This document shows, piece after piece, positions 1-13,008 of a DNA stretch of 64,000 nucleotides. Numbering within the stretch: the stretch's first letter is position 1; the number at the start of each line of letters is the position of its first letter. The translations under genes were made by a program, and so were the position numbers. Where the stretch lies: NCBI GenBank assembly GCA_964247055.1, contig OZ176052.1, forward strand, positions 8,866,001 to 8,930,000. Reading direction: 5' to 3'. Below the pieces are notes generated by a model. That model had not been told where the DNA came from, made no database searches, and saw only the letters and a list, made by a program, of their open reading frames with translations. Source of the DNA: Paragordius varius (taxonomy: Eukaryota > Animalia > Nematomorpha).

Positions 1-579
1 AAGTGTATCTCCATTCCGCGGAGGAACGAACGGTAATTCATTGGATTGTAGTGATATATGCCGTCTTTTTTCTAGTTTAAGTAGGGATTCAAACACCTCA
101 GTTATATTATGGTCAGATTTGGCACTCGTTTCCAAAAAGGCACATCCCCATACTTTAGCCTGTTTTTGGGCAATATCAGTCGTAACTGTTCGTTCGCCCA
201 CTTCATCAATTTTATTTCCTACAAGAATTAATGGGATACGATCCATATCATCACACTTGATGTTGACAATCATGTCATAAATGACTGCTAATTCATCTAA
301 TGATTGGAGGCTCGTTACACTGTAAACCAGGATAAAAGCGTGACCCTTGGCGATATTTAGGCGTTGCATAGCAGGGAATTGATGGGTCCCGGTCGTATCA
401 GTTATTTGAAGCGTGCAAATGTGTTTGTTAGATGCCACAACTTGACGATAAATGTCCTCTATGGTAGGGAAATAGGATTCTTTAAATGAACCCTTCACGA
501 ATCGTTGGATGATGGAAGATTTACCTACCCCGGCTGCACCCAAAACTACAACTCTATAATCATTACTTTGTTCTGGCAT
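1..579 (-). CDS. DIRAS: Di-Ras (DIRAS1/2-like) small GTPase; 3' end runs off the window start
   Basis: Manual translation from ATG at 579: [86 protein letters not shown]...LVGNKID...FLETSAK...LEKRR. The N-terminus [10 protein letters not shown] and [14 protein letters not shown] (instead of DTAGQE) are characteristic of Di-Ras. 193 codons with no stop before base 1, which is why the ORF track misses it. No intron in the visible part. Confidence 0.96.
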   Translation of the reverse strand, partial: MPEQSNDYRVVVLGAAGVGKSSIIQRFVKGSFKESYFPTIEDIYRQVVASNKHICTLQITDTTGTHQFPAMQRLNIAKGHAFILVYSVTSLQSLDELAVIYDMIVNIKCDDMDRIPLILVGNKIDEVGERTVTTDIAQKQAKVWGCAFLETSAKSDHNITEVFESLLKLEKRRHISLQSNELPFVPPRNGDTL

Positions 580-3500
580 AATGGTCCAATATGTTATAAA
601 GACAAGAAATTATATCAATTTAGTGAAATATATATGGTTTGCTTGATGTAAGTAGGACAAGTTTTTCCGTAATATATAAGAGAAAAATGATTAATTTTAA
701 CATGGTGGAATTATTCTCTGACTCTTGTTTCTGGATGAATACGGTTGATGTAAATTAAAAAATATAGGCTTGCACGAAATTTTGAAGCAACACCCAGTTA
801 ACAATGATGAATGAAATCTATTGGAATTGTGTGTGTTAAGGAATTTGCTCGTCTGTTAATTTTTAATTGAAAAATTGATTGATCCATGTGTTAACATGGC
901 TATTTTATAATATAACTATCATTTGCAAAGAGTGTTAGTAACATAATATGGTAAAAACTACAAAACAGTAGGTAGAACGTCATTTTTGGCTAGCTTCAAT
1001 CAATATTAATCATTTTCAATATTTTTTAAATTTAAACAAAGGTTAAATTTGAATTGAACGGTAGTAATAAACAATACAATGATTTCATAGAATGTTAACG
1101 TATTTCCCTTAAATTAGCCATTTTTAGATATAAATGAGGCCAATATATAATTTATTTATATAATTTCTCTCTGTTCAAAAGGAACGCTTGTCGGCACGTA
1201 ATGCTTTGTGTAATAATAAAATGAAATATTATTAGTATAATATAAATATAATGCGGTGTTATTAAACGGATGATATTATCATAATTGAGATGAAATGTAA
1301 GTAACTTAATTTTCCTATATATATTTTTTGTTAGTACAACTGATATTGCGTGTTATAAGGATAAAATATACATTTAGCCAAGGATAAAGGTTTTAACTTT
1401 AGAAAACCATTAAATTAGATAGAGTTCATACTAGTTGCCGTCACTTTTATGGTGGGTCTTTTTTTAGTTTAAGATTGAGGAAATAGAGAAGTAATGGAAA
1501 TAAAAGATATGAATATAGATTTTATCCAACGTTTGAAGATATACTATATTTGATGCGCCCAATAACGATAAAAATAATTACCAGTTCTCTATGAAAAAAA
1601 ATCTATAAGCACACAATACCAAATGTACTCAGCGAACAGTAAAAATGTCAAAATAGCTGTGCTAATAGATAAGTGTATGTGTAGAATGTGACATAAATCT
1701 CTTTTAGTTATAGTAATGTAATAGCTATCCAGTCACCATAATAAATAATTTGTGTGCACGGAGTGTGAGGAAATATTACTGCTTGCTCTATACATAAGTG
1801 TTTATTAATTGCCTACATAGATATTACCATTTTAGTAGATAGCTAGCAGCTTAAAATTATTATTGGTAATATAATGTATTATATTTCGGATGCCTTGAGT
1901 TAAGGACAAGGGTTTCCCAGAAAAATGGATTCATAAATTTATTACTGTGTTCTTTTATACTTTGTCTCATATTTCAATTTGGTCTTTCTTTGGGATTAAT
2001 AAAATTTTGACAATGTATATGCGAAGTAAATTACTGTTAAATTTGGCTCTCTAAATTAGAGTTGGTGTGAAAATACAAAAGCAATTATAGCCATTTATAA
2101 CCCATGTCGTTCGCGTTATGGCAAACATAAATGTTGGTATTGTTAAAAATAAATAATGTACGTTCCTGCTTACGTCTCGAAGAGGGAACAATTAGTGTTA
2201 ACTAATAATGTCTGTTGAACTTTAAAATACAGCCTAAAAATAAAATAAAATCAGTCGTACGTAAGCAAGCCTATTTCGTATCAGATTAATTTAGACTTTT
2301 GTTTGTTAAAAACTTTTATATCATCTAAATGTATTAGGTAGAATTGCAGTTATTAAACTACGAATTTATCAATTTCAATTATTTAATATAGCGGTTAAAT
2401 TATCAACAAACTGAGAAAAATATAAAGAGGAAAAATTTACGGCAACCAGGGGTTATTGTAAATATTTGTCTATAAAGTTGCCATCCTAATTTTTTTTAAT
2501 ATTAATGAAAATAATGGCGAAAAATAACAATTAGACATATAATTATTATGGGATGGTTTATAAATCAAATACTACTTTACTAATCAAAATTTTACCATTT
2601 CAGATTAGTAATAGTCTAATATTATAAAAGATAATTAATATTCCCCGAACCCCCATAAATCATTTGATAAAATAAATTTTTTTAGAATCAGTTTTTTCTT
2701 GTTTTAACTGCCAACTATGAATAAAATTATAAGACTTCCAATAACGTAAGGTGGTCCTAATTTTGTTAACTTACGATCAGAAATTTCACACCTATTTTTT
2801 TTAATTAGCAGTACCGTGCTATTGCGTAACGTTATATACCAGTGAAGTTTTATTTTTCAGCAGTTTTTATCAATGTTGATTAAGTATTTTTAGAGAAAAA
2901 CAATTTCTATTTATATTCGTTTTGGATAAACCCGGGTTAACTGCAACATATTTTATTTATTAAAACTAAATTGGTATTTCCTAATTACAATAAATCAGCA
3001 AATAATGTAACTTCAGTTTGCTATAAAAAGAAAAGTTTACAAAATATTTAGTAATTATTAAATTGAATGATACAATTATATTGTATATACATATAGTGCG
3101 CAAATTTAGGGTCCGTAGTACCAGCTTTCAGAATCGGAAAAATTAAGAGTCACGTTCTATTTTATCTCAAAAAGCTGGTTTTAAGTAATATGCTGTGTTT
3201 TGTTCTTTAAAAAATAATTATTCAGGAATCAAAATACTTTAATCAATAGATATCAGTAATATACATAATTTATGAGCTTAAGTTTCAATGTTCGACTTAA
3301 GAAAGTAAAGCGTCTATAATGACAAAATCAGATTGGAATATAATCAAATGTAGCTAATAAAATATCGTTAAAAAGTAAATGGCGGATTTAAAGATGAAAA
3401 ACTAAAGTATCAGTTTTGTTTAAAACTCTTAGTTTTTGGTTAGATTAAAAATGAAATAACTCGTTAGGATTTATTTATATACATGTTTTTTTATGATATA

Positions 3501-4864
3501 ACAATCATCAACTTAGTAAATAATTATAAAGCTTTTACATTTAAACATAAATGAATAAATATTTTGCATTTATTTTTAATAACGCTTATATATTTCTCCA
3601 TTTCAGGTACCCGGGTTAATCCATGTAAGAAAAGATAGTAGTTAAGACATTTTAGATTATAGTGATGTTTGAGTTAAATTTTTTAAATTTAAGATCTTAA
3701 CATATAAATTTTACAAAATTAAAATATATTGGATTTAATTTTATGATTTTTGCATTTTAGACGCCTTTTAAAACTGTCGAAGATTGTTGAGACATAAGCA
3801 TTTTATTAACAATTCTATTGATAATTATCAAAGTTTTCGTCATTTTAGTTCATTTAAAAATTGCTATAAAACATCTCAATGCATAAAATTATTAGGTCAT
3901 TTTCCTTATATGCAATGTGAACTCCTAAAGGATATTGAGTGTCTCTATCCAAATTATAAAAATTAGAAAGGCACATGTTTAATTCTTTTCAGCATATTAA
4001 AAAATAAAACATATACTAAAATTTAGAGATACATTTTTTGCATTTTATTTTTTAAATAATTTTACAGTACGTTTATATAGACCACAAATGCTAAACTTCA
4101 TTTTATGTAGCCTAAACATCAAAAGTAACGAATTCAGTCTTTACATTTTTTTATCAAAAAGTAAATCTAAAGTCAAAAATAAAAAAGGATACATATATTT
4201 CAAAGTCACACACAAACCCATTAGATTATTATATAAAAAAGAATTTACCAAAATATGAAAGCCAATGTAATGCAAAGACAAAAAAACCACTTAAAATCAT
4301 GAATAGGGCACCAGCTACTAAAAATTATATAAACACTAATACTATATAATTGAAACAACATTACATTTTTCCATCACTATAACGTCTTTTTGTATATTAA
4401 TATAGAAAAAAATTTCATCATATTTAACAAGAGGGTATGATCAAAGATCACGTACCATACTAATTAAATTTCAAAATGTTTGACATATTGCCCCTGGGGG
4501 GCATTTTCCATACTTTTTAAAGCTTTGAATTTGGCATAACATTTGAACTACTGGATAGATTTAGATTTTTTTTCTCTTTTATTATTATAGTTTGTTTGTT
4601 TATAAAATTTGGCGATTGGATTGAAATTGATATATGATTATTTTCTGGAAAAAATAAGCAATTACGATAATATACCAATAATTGGTTATATCAGTTAAAA
4701 TTGTCAAGAGGAAATATTTTATGTCTGTGATCAAGTATGATATTTTCCGTTTTTTGCTTATGTATTAAAGAAAAAAATATTTCCCTTTTAAAATACCGAT
4801 ATAACCAATAATTTGTGTGTTTACTATATAACAGTTTCCAAACTCTATAACGAGCTTTTATATA

Positions 4865-5134
4865 CCATTTACAATTCAAATCCCTAAAAATAAATTGTGT
4901 GTTCGGGATAATGTAACTCATCATTAATATGAAATATCTTTTTAATAGTTTAATTATTTTTAGCATTATATTAATTTTAGACAGAATTTCATATTTAAAA
5001 AATATTATAAATTAAAAGTAATTTTTAATCTTAAAAAAATATTATTATTTAGGGTGACTTTAAGTTCGTAGGTGAATTTGAATTGTTCAAGGGTGAATTT
5101 GAATTGTTCAAGGGTGAATTTGAACTGTAAATGG
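4865..5134. mobile_element. TA-flanked MITE with TIRs built from 21-bp tandem units (copy 1)
   Basis: Begins CCATTTACAATTCAAAT and ends TTTGAACTGTAAATGG, with TA on both sides. The right arm carries 3-4 GGGTGAATTTGAATTGTTCAA units. The internal sequence matches the copies at 50020 and 55455. Confidence 0.8.
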
Positions 5135-6376
5135 TATATTATACACAAAATCAAAAAACAAAAATCAAACAAGCCCCTTTCCACCGTTAAGCTCCACCGC
5201 GCAATCCCAAGTTAACTAACCAATACTTGATTGTTTGATACTTTATTTTAGTTTTTAAAAAAAATTAGAGTACATTTATAAATAGTGTGAGTTGAGCTGT
5301 GCATAATCAAAACAAACTATGTCCAACCGTTACGTTTGTCCTATAGAAATCATGTTTTTTTTTCTCCTAAACTTTTGACAATATAGTTTTAGTGTAAAAT
5401 AATTATACATGTATATATAAGGTTAATAAATGGTAATGATTAAAAAAATCGAATCATTTCATATAACTCCTTATTTTTTAAAAAAAATTAGAATAACTAT
5501 ATAGAGTTTAATTAGTATTAATTTTTCCAACCTAAATAAACGATCTATTGATTTAACTTAAAAGATGACAAGCCTCCATTACCATTTGTTAAGTATAAAA
5601 GTTAATTTTGTGCAAATTTAATTAAATTTAGTTGGAATATAAAAAATAAATTAGACGAACACACCAAATGCAACCAATTTCCTTATCGATGCATCCATCA
5701 TTCAATTTATATTTATAATGTTTGACAAAAAATCAAGGTTATTTAAAATTTCCAAAAGAAAAATATTTTTTAACGATAAAAAGAAGGGTGGACGACAGCT
5801 ATGCTGATAAGATAAAAATCAATCATCCATTGTTTCTAATGGTTTAATGTAATTTTTTTGTTGGTTAAATAAATCATCATCATCATCATTGTTTTTGAAA
5901 GGCAACAAAAGAAATTTAATGAAAAACTCTTCAACGTTATTGATCAAAGCTCTAGCTTCAGAATTTCATATTTTCTATAAAATTATTTTCAATGAAAAAA
6001 AATAAATTTTGACGTCTTAAAACTGTTTCTTTTAAAATATATTATTAAAATTCAGTTAAACGAGTGAATTATGGCTCCTAATAAATATTAAAAATGAATT
6101 AAAGCCGCATAAAGAATTCTTTTTATCATGACTTAAAAATTTTATTGAAATGCTAATATTTAGATTTGCTTTTGGTTGAATATATAAATTATTTATTTTT
6201 TAAAGAATTTCTTCAATCCATCTTGTGTCTAAAAAATTAAAATATTTTACTCGTTTTTTTCCGCATACATTACTATTAAATATGAGATGATATTCCGTAA
6301 GTTAAATCTAAGAATATTGAAAATGTGTCCGTTGAAAAAAGAGCCTAATTATCATTTATATTGGTAATTTCGCTCA

Positions 6377-6378
<2 letters not shown>

Positions 6379-6412
<34 letters not shown>
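6379..6412. repeat. (TA)n microsatellite
   Basis: Uninterrupted AT dinucleotide run of about 17 units. Confidence 0.95.
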
Positions 6413-6415
<3 letters not shown>

Positions 6416-6857
6416 TTTTCATTTAAAATTTGCATTAAGGCGCATAGAATAAGGCTTAAAAATAAATTATGCACACGATGAGACACACACATGCAAAATT
6501 TGTGAAAACAAATTAAAGTTTTATCGGATGGCGTTACCGTGAATTGACTTATAAAACAGCGAACTGAAAAACGTATGGATAAAAATAAATTTTGTTCAGG
6601 GTATGAGTCTCTGAATGTAATTAAACCATTAGGTGTTTTTTCCGATTAAATATAAAAAATGTGAACTAATGAAAATTTAAGTTCCTTTGGGGAAAAGGGG
6701 GTACAAGTTCTGACAGTACCGATCAAAAAATAAGCGGTTACCGGAGAAAAATGTGCCGTAAATATTTTATGCGACATTAATAGCCTTTAAATTTATATTT
6801 TTGGCAATTAATTCTAATTTTGGCACAGATTAAGTCCAACGCTAGGACATTGTAAAA

Positions 6858-7626
6858 TCTATATATTTATAAAAATGGAAAGTGGTGGCTTTGCCTGTTT
6901 CCGGAAAACCGGTAGACCCATTCAAATCCAAATGTCAAAAAAAATAATCATTAATGACCCCGACAATAGCTTCGCTCTTTTTTTGAATTAGACACCAGTT
7001 CGGGCCCACCCTGTGTAAAAAACCGTTATTTTTAAAAACTGAAGTCCACAAAAATCGTGTCTTTGAGACAATTTTCCCGAAAGCGTGTGGACCATTCGAT
7101 TTCAAATATGATTTTTTTACTTATTTTCGATTGCGCCGAACATAGTCGGCTCGCTCTTTTAATATAGGCCTCCCCCCGTAAAATGTCATTTGTTTCAAAA
7201 AAAAACAAAGTCCACAAAAATAATTTTTTGATTCTATTTTTCACCCAAAGTATGAGACCGTAAAAATTCAATAAGGATTCCAGGTATTCCCTGTTGAAAG
7301 GCAAAAATTTGAGTCAAGCGTTTCTTTGATGATAGCTGCTGGGTAAGGAGATACCCGCTAAAAACTCCGTTATATCGAAATAGCGTGCCTTTGGGGCTAA
7401 ATTTCAGAAAACCTATCAAGCCATATGAGTTTAATAGGTGCTTAAAATAATACTCTTAACAAGGCAAGATTTTAAGCAGTGCGGTTTTTTAAAATTAGCC
7501 TTTAATTAGGCCCTTCGCGCCCTGAAAAATGCGCCACCATCGAATGCTTTTTTAATCTTGAGGCAATTTTTGTAATTTACCATAGAAAAATAATAATATA
7601 TCATTTTAATGATATGATATTCCCTA
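6858..7626 (+). mobile_element. Interspersed repeat, possibly a non-autonomous Helitron-like 5' portion (copy A)
   Basis: Clearly homologous to 53690-54975 (AAATGGAAAGTGGTGGCTTTG...CCGGAAAACCGG...CCGACAATAGCTTCGC...CAGTTCGGGCCC...GCGCCGAACATAGTCG). Copies A and B both start A|TCTATATAT, like a Helitron 5' TC end. Copy A ends at a (TA)n tract, and no 3' hairpin-CTRR end is seen. Confidence 0.6.
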
Positions 7627-10600
7627 TTATATATATATATATATATATTTCTCAAAAATGTGAAGATAAAATATATAATTATATTAGATAATAAATTATA
7701 ATAATTATATTTAAATAACTTTTTTCGAACTCCATCTAATATATCTATATTATATAGTTCACTTACACAAACTAGAGTAGCTTATGCCATAAAACACTTT
7801 GTCCATAATTAATAAGAAAAAAGTTGTTTAATTCCAACTATTTGTTGTTAGTTACCATACGTTACTGGATATTTTTATTTTTTCCATATTTCATACAATA
7901 TATTCATAGAGTATGTGCTATTAGTGTACCTATCCCAAGAGCCACATCATTTATGAAAAGAATTTTGCTAAGAAAATTTTAGAAAACTTGTGCTACCTTT
8001 TCTTCGTCCTATAAATGGTGTTTTTTCGTTTGTCAAAATGAAGGTCATTTCACACAATGTGAGATAAGAAAAACACACTTTTCTGAAACTAGGAAGTATT
8101 TACTGTATTTATAGCAGTTCAAAAAAAAGTAATAAATTATCTTATAGGTGTGTTTTTTGGTTAAAAAAGTCTCAAATAATTATGTTAAAAGGGAGACGTC
8201 CGATAAATAAGTTTTAAACTGATTAGAACACCAAGTTTATAGAACTGTGAGGATTTCGATAAGCTTGGTAATTAAAAAAAATGATTTCAAAACATAAAAA
8301 TTTTTTAATTAATGAACTGAAACCATAGAATATATAGACAGGATAATAATATAGGTTTATATCTAGTTTTATTTTTAAAAAAGATATACTTACATATATA
8401 GATGTATTCATAAAAATGGATAATTTTATTTTAAACTATATGAACCTATAAAAATTAATTGCGTGAAAATCCTCCTTAAGGTTGTTATTTTCATCTCTAA
8501 ATCTAATAACATTAGGCAACAAATTTTTCTGCCATATTCATTTTTTCATATTGACTATCATTTTAAAACTAAATCTGAAATAAAAATTATAATTCCACTA
8601 GAGTATTTAGTATAATATGACTTTTGTGATTATGCGCCCTCTTTATAAAAAGTTTACTAAAAATAGTTTATCTTTGAAAATATACAACAAATGTTCATTT
8701 GTAATAATCATTTGAAAAGTAATGAAGACTCTATAAAATGCACACTAATATGTTTTACATTGATAGTTAATATTGGACATAGCAAGCGACAAACCGGCTA
8801 AGCGAGAGCGTTTTTCTTAATTAATATATTTTTAAAACTAATGGATGAAAATAGCTCAAACTTTGTGTAGATGACAATGAATGTCCAAAAAACATAATAA
8901 CAAAGTTTTTTTGATAAAGCACTTTTTATTCCTTTTATATCATTCAAAGCCATTCCCAATTTTTTTGTTTTAAAAAATTACCCTCATAAATATTAATTTA
9001 TTTTCTTTAGAAGGCTTATAATTTTAAAGTTTTAAAGATTAGAAATTAGTTAAAGGTATTCTTGATCTTTATAACCACCATTTAATAAATTTAAAGTTAC
9101 TATGCATTTTAGTATCCACTAGGTAAAATAATTTAGATAGGTTAAAAATTTTGATCATATAAACTCAAATAACTTTTACATCTTATTGATTTAAATGACC
9201 AACTACTATTTGAAAGATTCAGTGTGCGCTCTCGAATGATAAATACATGACTATATCTAAAACTTTTAATTTTGAAAGTTTCGAGTTTAATGTTAAATCG
9301 GGGCTAAAAATTTTCGATAGAATCCAGTAAAAAAATACTTAGGTGTTAGACTATTATTTTTTCCAGATATACTATTAATGTATTTTAATGAAATAAATAA
9401 ATTTATAAGAATGGCACTTAAAAAAAGTCAAAATTTGTTGTCTAGTATTGTCATATTACTTAATAAAAGAGGACGCGATAAATGTGGCTATTTTTTAGGG
9501 CATTTCATTTTTCGAAAAATGTTTATGGTTGTCATATTTAATTATTAATTTCAGGTTAAAGGATACGTTGATACATGCATTCAATATAATACTTTATTTA
9601 ATATATTTATATACCTGCAATATTCGAATTCTAATCCAAATTATTTAAAAATATTTATTTTATAAAAATATCTTTGCAAGTAAAAAGAAGAACATGTAGA
9701 ATATATGAATAAATATGAAACAAAAAAACTAATCCGATTTAAAAGGAAAGTTAAAATGCCACCTACACAATATATGTGTTAGAAATTAACATTTATTTTA
9801 TTATCGAAAAAATATTTCGTGATTATTTTTCATTAATATTTTTTTTGTTATGATGATCAAAGCTTTTACCAGATTAAAACATGCTTTTATAACAAGAATT
9901 TAAAATTATAATTGGCGCAAATTCTAGCTAGCAATTTTAAAATACATTAAATGTAATTTACTAAACCATCTATCGTATTGCTAAAAAATATATTAATAAA
10001 TAGCTCATATTTATGATTTTAGAAGAACCACTTATTTTAGCTGTGTTTTATATGTAAAATATTCATATAAATTCAATTTTTTAAACACTTAAAACTGCAT
10101 TCAGACCGTGACGGTCACCGCTTTTTAAATGACCCTAAAAAACTAAATAATATTGCCAACATAAGATTACGATTAATTTAATCTAATTTTTATACTAATC
10201 TAAAATTAAAATCGCTATTAAATATCAAAAATGAAGTATTTTTATATTAATCTAATCAGCTAATTCTGGCGGTATTAGCATATTTAGATCGATGGATAAA
10301 TTGACCCTTATTTTAACATTATGAGACTAAAATGTTTCTAAGTCCACATTTGTTATATGTAATCATTGCCATCTAGCTCCGAATAATAATTATAAATAAT
10401 TAAGTTTTAAAAGAAAATACTTTTGTATTTGGTAAAGGCGTATCATTATTAACATTCAAAGTGTGTTTAACCACTTTTACCATAAATTGTAATTTAATTT
10501 GTCGAATATTTTAACATAACTTTAAAGTTCGGACGGAACATTTGTACTTTATTAGTCTCTAGTGACCTTATGCAAAACATTGATATGTTTCTGCTTACAA

Positions 10601-11460
10601 TATTAACATTTAATTATAATATTAAATTTATGTGTTTATAAAATAGCTTTTGTCCTTGACAATGATTTTATTTTAAACTTTTGTATTTAATTTTAAATAT
10701 TGCATGCATCCTTTATTTTAATTTTAAATAATAAATAAGTTCTAACAAGTAGGGCTAAAGTTTTCCGTCCCAATTTATAAAAGAATAATAAAAGATATTT
10801 GAATTTATAATTAAATTAAATATAAACTCTATACTTGAGAAATTCATTTTTTTATTTTTACAGAAATTATTGAATTTATTTTATTTTTAAACGAGTTAGA
10901 GAAGTCAGTTATTTAATTATTCCAAAAAATTTTATATATTAATTTTTTTGGCATGTCATGAAAAATTATCTTAAAAAAATATTTTTTATAATATTTTTCA
11001 AAAAATATTATAAAATATCTCTTTTCTCATATTATTCATATTTTTTTAAAGTTCCGTGCTTTTATTTTTAATTAATCGTAGGAGTTAAGCCATTAATTAT
11101 TTATAATTATTTCCGTCTAAAAGAAAGTTAATTTAAATAATAATAATATAGGATCATGACATTTTTTGATGGAGAATATTGGTATTGATATAAAGATATT
11201 GAAAAAATAAAATTATAATTTAAATAAAATTAATTAATATAAGTTTTCGATTATGTTAAAAATTTTAAATTATTTTTTTGGAACCGTTTTTGTATCGAAA
11301 CAATATATAAAAAATAATTCCCTGTCCCAATCTCTGAATGGCAAAATTAATTATTCTTATAGTGAATAATATATTTATTTATATAATTTTAAAACTTTTT
11401 AAGGATAATACCACATTTAATATCTGATTTAAAAACTTATTTAAACAACATTAAATTATA

Positions 11461-11650
11461 ACAGTTGTTAAAATCCGTAAGATAAGGATAAAGGAAAATT
11501 AAATAGAATTAAATTATAAATAGATGCTAACAAGCACGAAACTAGTCTGCGATTACTATTGACGAAGGGTTTCACATATCGTTTATAATTTCTATTTATA
11601 ATTTAATTCTATTTAATTTTCCTTTATCGTTATTTTACGGATTTAACTGT
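11461..11650. mobile_element. 190-bp hairpin MITE, TA-flanked
   Basis: AAATCCGTAAGATAAGGATAAAGGAAAATTAAATAGAATTAAATTATAAATAGA is inverted at ~11591-11644 with 2 mismatches. Termini ACAGTT...AACTGT are flanked by TA. Confidence 0.75.
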
Positions 11651-13008
11651 TATTAAAAAACATAACGTTATTTACCATTACAACATTAAATTATGTTTAA
11701 AAATAAAATCAAATTGTAGTGATAAGGCCTAACAAGTTCGCAACTAACATACGACTACTATTGATGCGGTATATTCACATATCATCTACGTTTTATGTAA
11801 AAATTATTTTCTGTTTTTTCCCGGTTTTAAGGGTGTATTTTTTAACATGTTATCAACTTACAGATATTTGTAATATTTTAGGCAATTAACCAATTTTTTG
11901 ATTCTTTCATTTTGTTTTTATTGGAAAATTTACAACTAATTGCATAATTAATGTGCAATTATTACCCTTAGATGGCTTATAAATGTAAGGAATTTTTATA
12001 CATATAAGTTTAATATAATCTTAAATAATTTAAACGCAATTTATTCAGTAAACTTTTTATATAATAATTATATGATAGTTTAAATGAAAATAAAATTTAT
12101 GCTAAAATCGCATTTTTCTATTTAAACATACCAAACATTTTATATCTTCAATTTTTGTGTGTCTTTAAAGCATCTATAATTTAATGAATGATATTCGTTT
12201 GGTCTTATCTTTCCATCACATTTTAAAGCCACATAAAGTGAAAAAAGGGCATGAAATTCTTTATTTATCACCTAAATGAATCCGATCTCAATACTTTTAA
12301 TACAAATAAAATAAAACTGCACGCTTTCCTTTATTGTAATATTTTTTTCGGCCTGATGTTCAAGAAAAATACGATTTCCAATTTTGGCTACGCCAAAAAA
12401 TTAACATGATCTCTTTTCTACTTTTTACCCTACTTTCTAATCATTACGAGTTTTTGGCTATTGAATAAATATATATGTGCACAACGTCTTAAAAACCCAT
12501 TTAACCCAAGAGTGCAAGGAACCAAATAATTTTAATCATTTTTTTGGAAAATCGAGCCATATTAAAAGGACACTGAAACTAAGGAGTATTGTCCATACTT
12601 ATTAAAAGCGAATACGAATTCATTTTGCTCTTCCTTTTAAAATTCAGTGTTTTTATTTAAATTAATATAATGTGGCACAGAGTAAACCTCTTAGACTTGC
12701 AATATAAAATCTACGCAAAAAATGTTCATTTAACGATCTGATATGATGAGGAATATATTTAAACTGATCGAAATATCAGTAAAATTAATTTTAAAACTAA
12801 AAAATCAATGGTTAATTTATTTTATTAATGCAATAAAGATTTCAATCGAAAACAAAAGTAAATTTTGGGTTAAATAAGAAAAAAAATATTTAAAATCAAT
12901 GTCGCCCCAATCCAAGCATAGTCGCTATGAAGCCGACAATTTTCATTAGTTTGACCAACCGCACATATTTGAAGATACCACTGACTCCCCAACTTTGATA
13001 TTCGTTTA

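Noticed and set aside
41-280. 79-aa plus-strand ORF
   Set aside because: It is the antisense shadow of the Di-Ras CDS. The same applies to 13878, 25826, 26109, 30911, 38670, 52544 and 56941 opposite their genes.
1605-1800. Possible second LINE endonuclease relic (KNVKIAVLIDK...VTIINNLCA)
   Set aside because: The similarity is short, stop-riddled and lacks the GDFN motif, so it is too weak without a search.
600-12900. Hidden tiny-intron genes in the 12-kb stretch between Di-Ras and SMG6
   Set aside because: A by-eye scan found only repeats and AT-rich sequence with no homologous peptide. Small exons cannot be excluded without RNA data.
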